Source of the DNA: Eledone cirrhosa | Lineage: Eukaryota | Direction of reading: 5' to 3' | Length of the DNA stretch: 64,000 bases | NCBI GenBank assembly: GCA_964016885.1 | Contig: OZ024742.1 | Location: forward strand, 369,148,001-369,212,000 | Part shown: positions 63,801 through 64,000 of the stretch, piece after piece | Layout: every line of letters begins with the position of its first letter | Numbering within the stretch: the stretch's first letter is position 1 | The notes under the pieces: model-generated | The model's database searches: none | Told to the model about the DNA's origin: nothing | Seen by the model: only the letters and a program-made list of their open reading frames with translations | Made by a program: the position numbers and the translations under genes

Positions 63801-64000
63801 GAGAGTTAATATAAGGGGGTGGGGCATTGGTTGTAGCAGGGAGAGTTAATATAAGGGGGTGGGGCATTGTTTGTAGCAGGGAGAGTTAATATAAGGGGGT
63901 GGGGCATTGGTTGTAGCAGGGAGAGTTAATATAAGGGGGTGGGGCATTGTTTGTAGCAGGGAGAGTTAATATAAGGGGGTGGGGCATTGTTTGTAGCAGG
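57897..64000. repeat. G-rich 40-bp satellite, ~150 copies, continuing past the window end
   Basis: Unit GGGGCATTG[T/G]TTGTAGCAGGGAG[A/T]GTTAATATAAGGGGGT with 36-, 37- and 42-bp variants. Confidence 0.98.

Overview
Repeat-saturated eukaryotic DNA with no intact host gene that I can support. The SINE families and the huge (TA/TG) microsatellites suggest an octopus or other coleoid cephalopod; this is inference from family recognition, not a database search. Most long ORFs in the track are translations of microsatellites. The real coding content is retrotransposon-derived: one full-length but disabled Tx1/L1-type LINE (22842-28678), an open 5'-truncated RTE RT ORF with a PHD-like finger (43706-45496), an open 5'-truncated CR1-type RT ORF (46073-48301), and many 3' fragments. 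There are also tRNA-derived SINEs (often head-to-tail), hAT-, Tc1- and piggyBac-type MITEs, and a >6 kb G-rich 40-bp satellite that runs off the right end. The most notable unannotated signal is a set of type-I hammerhead ribozyme (HHR) motifs. Complete or near-complete folds sit at 7344-7409, 30484-30568 and 41811-41867; degenerate ones at 6026-6081 and 29677-29748. Most of them lie in short, often fold-back islands docked in (TA)n, and several islands share a 3' tail motif, which suggests a non-autonomous Penelope-like/retrozyme-like system. The best HHR lies just upstream of an orphan sirtuin-like Zn-ribbon coding fragment.
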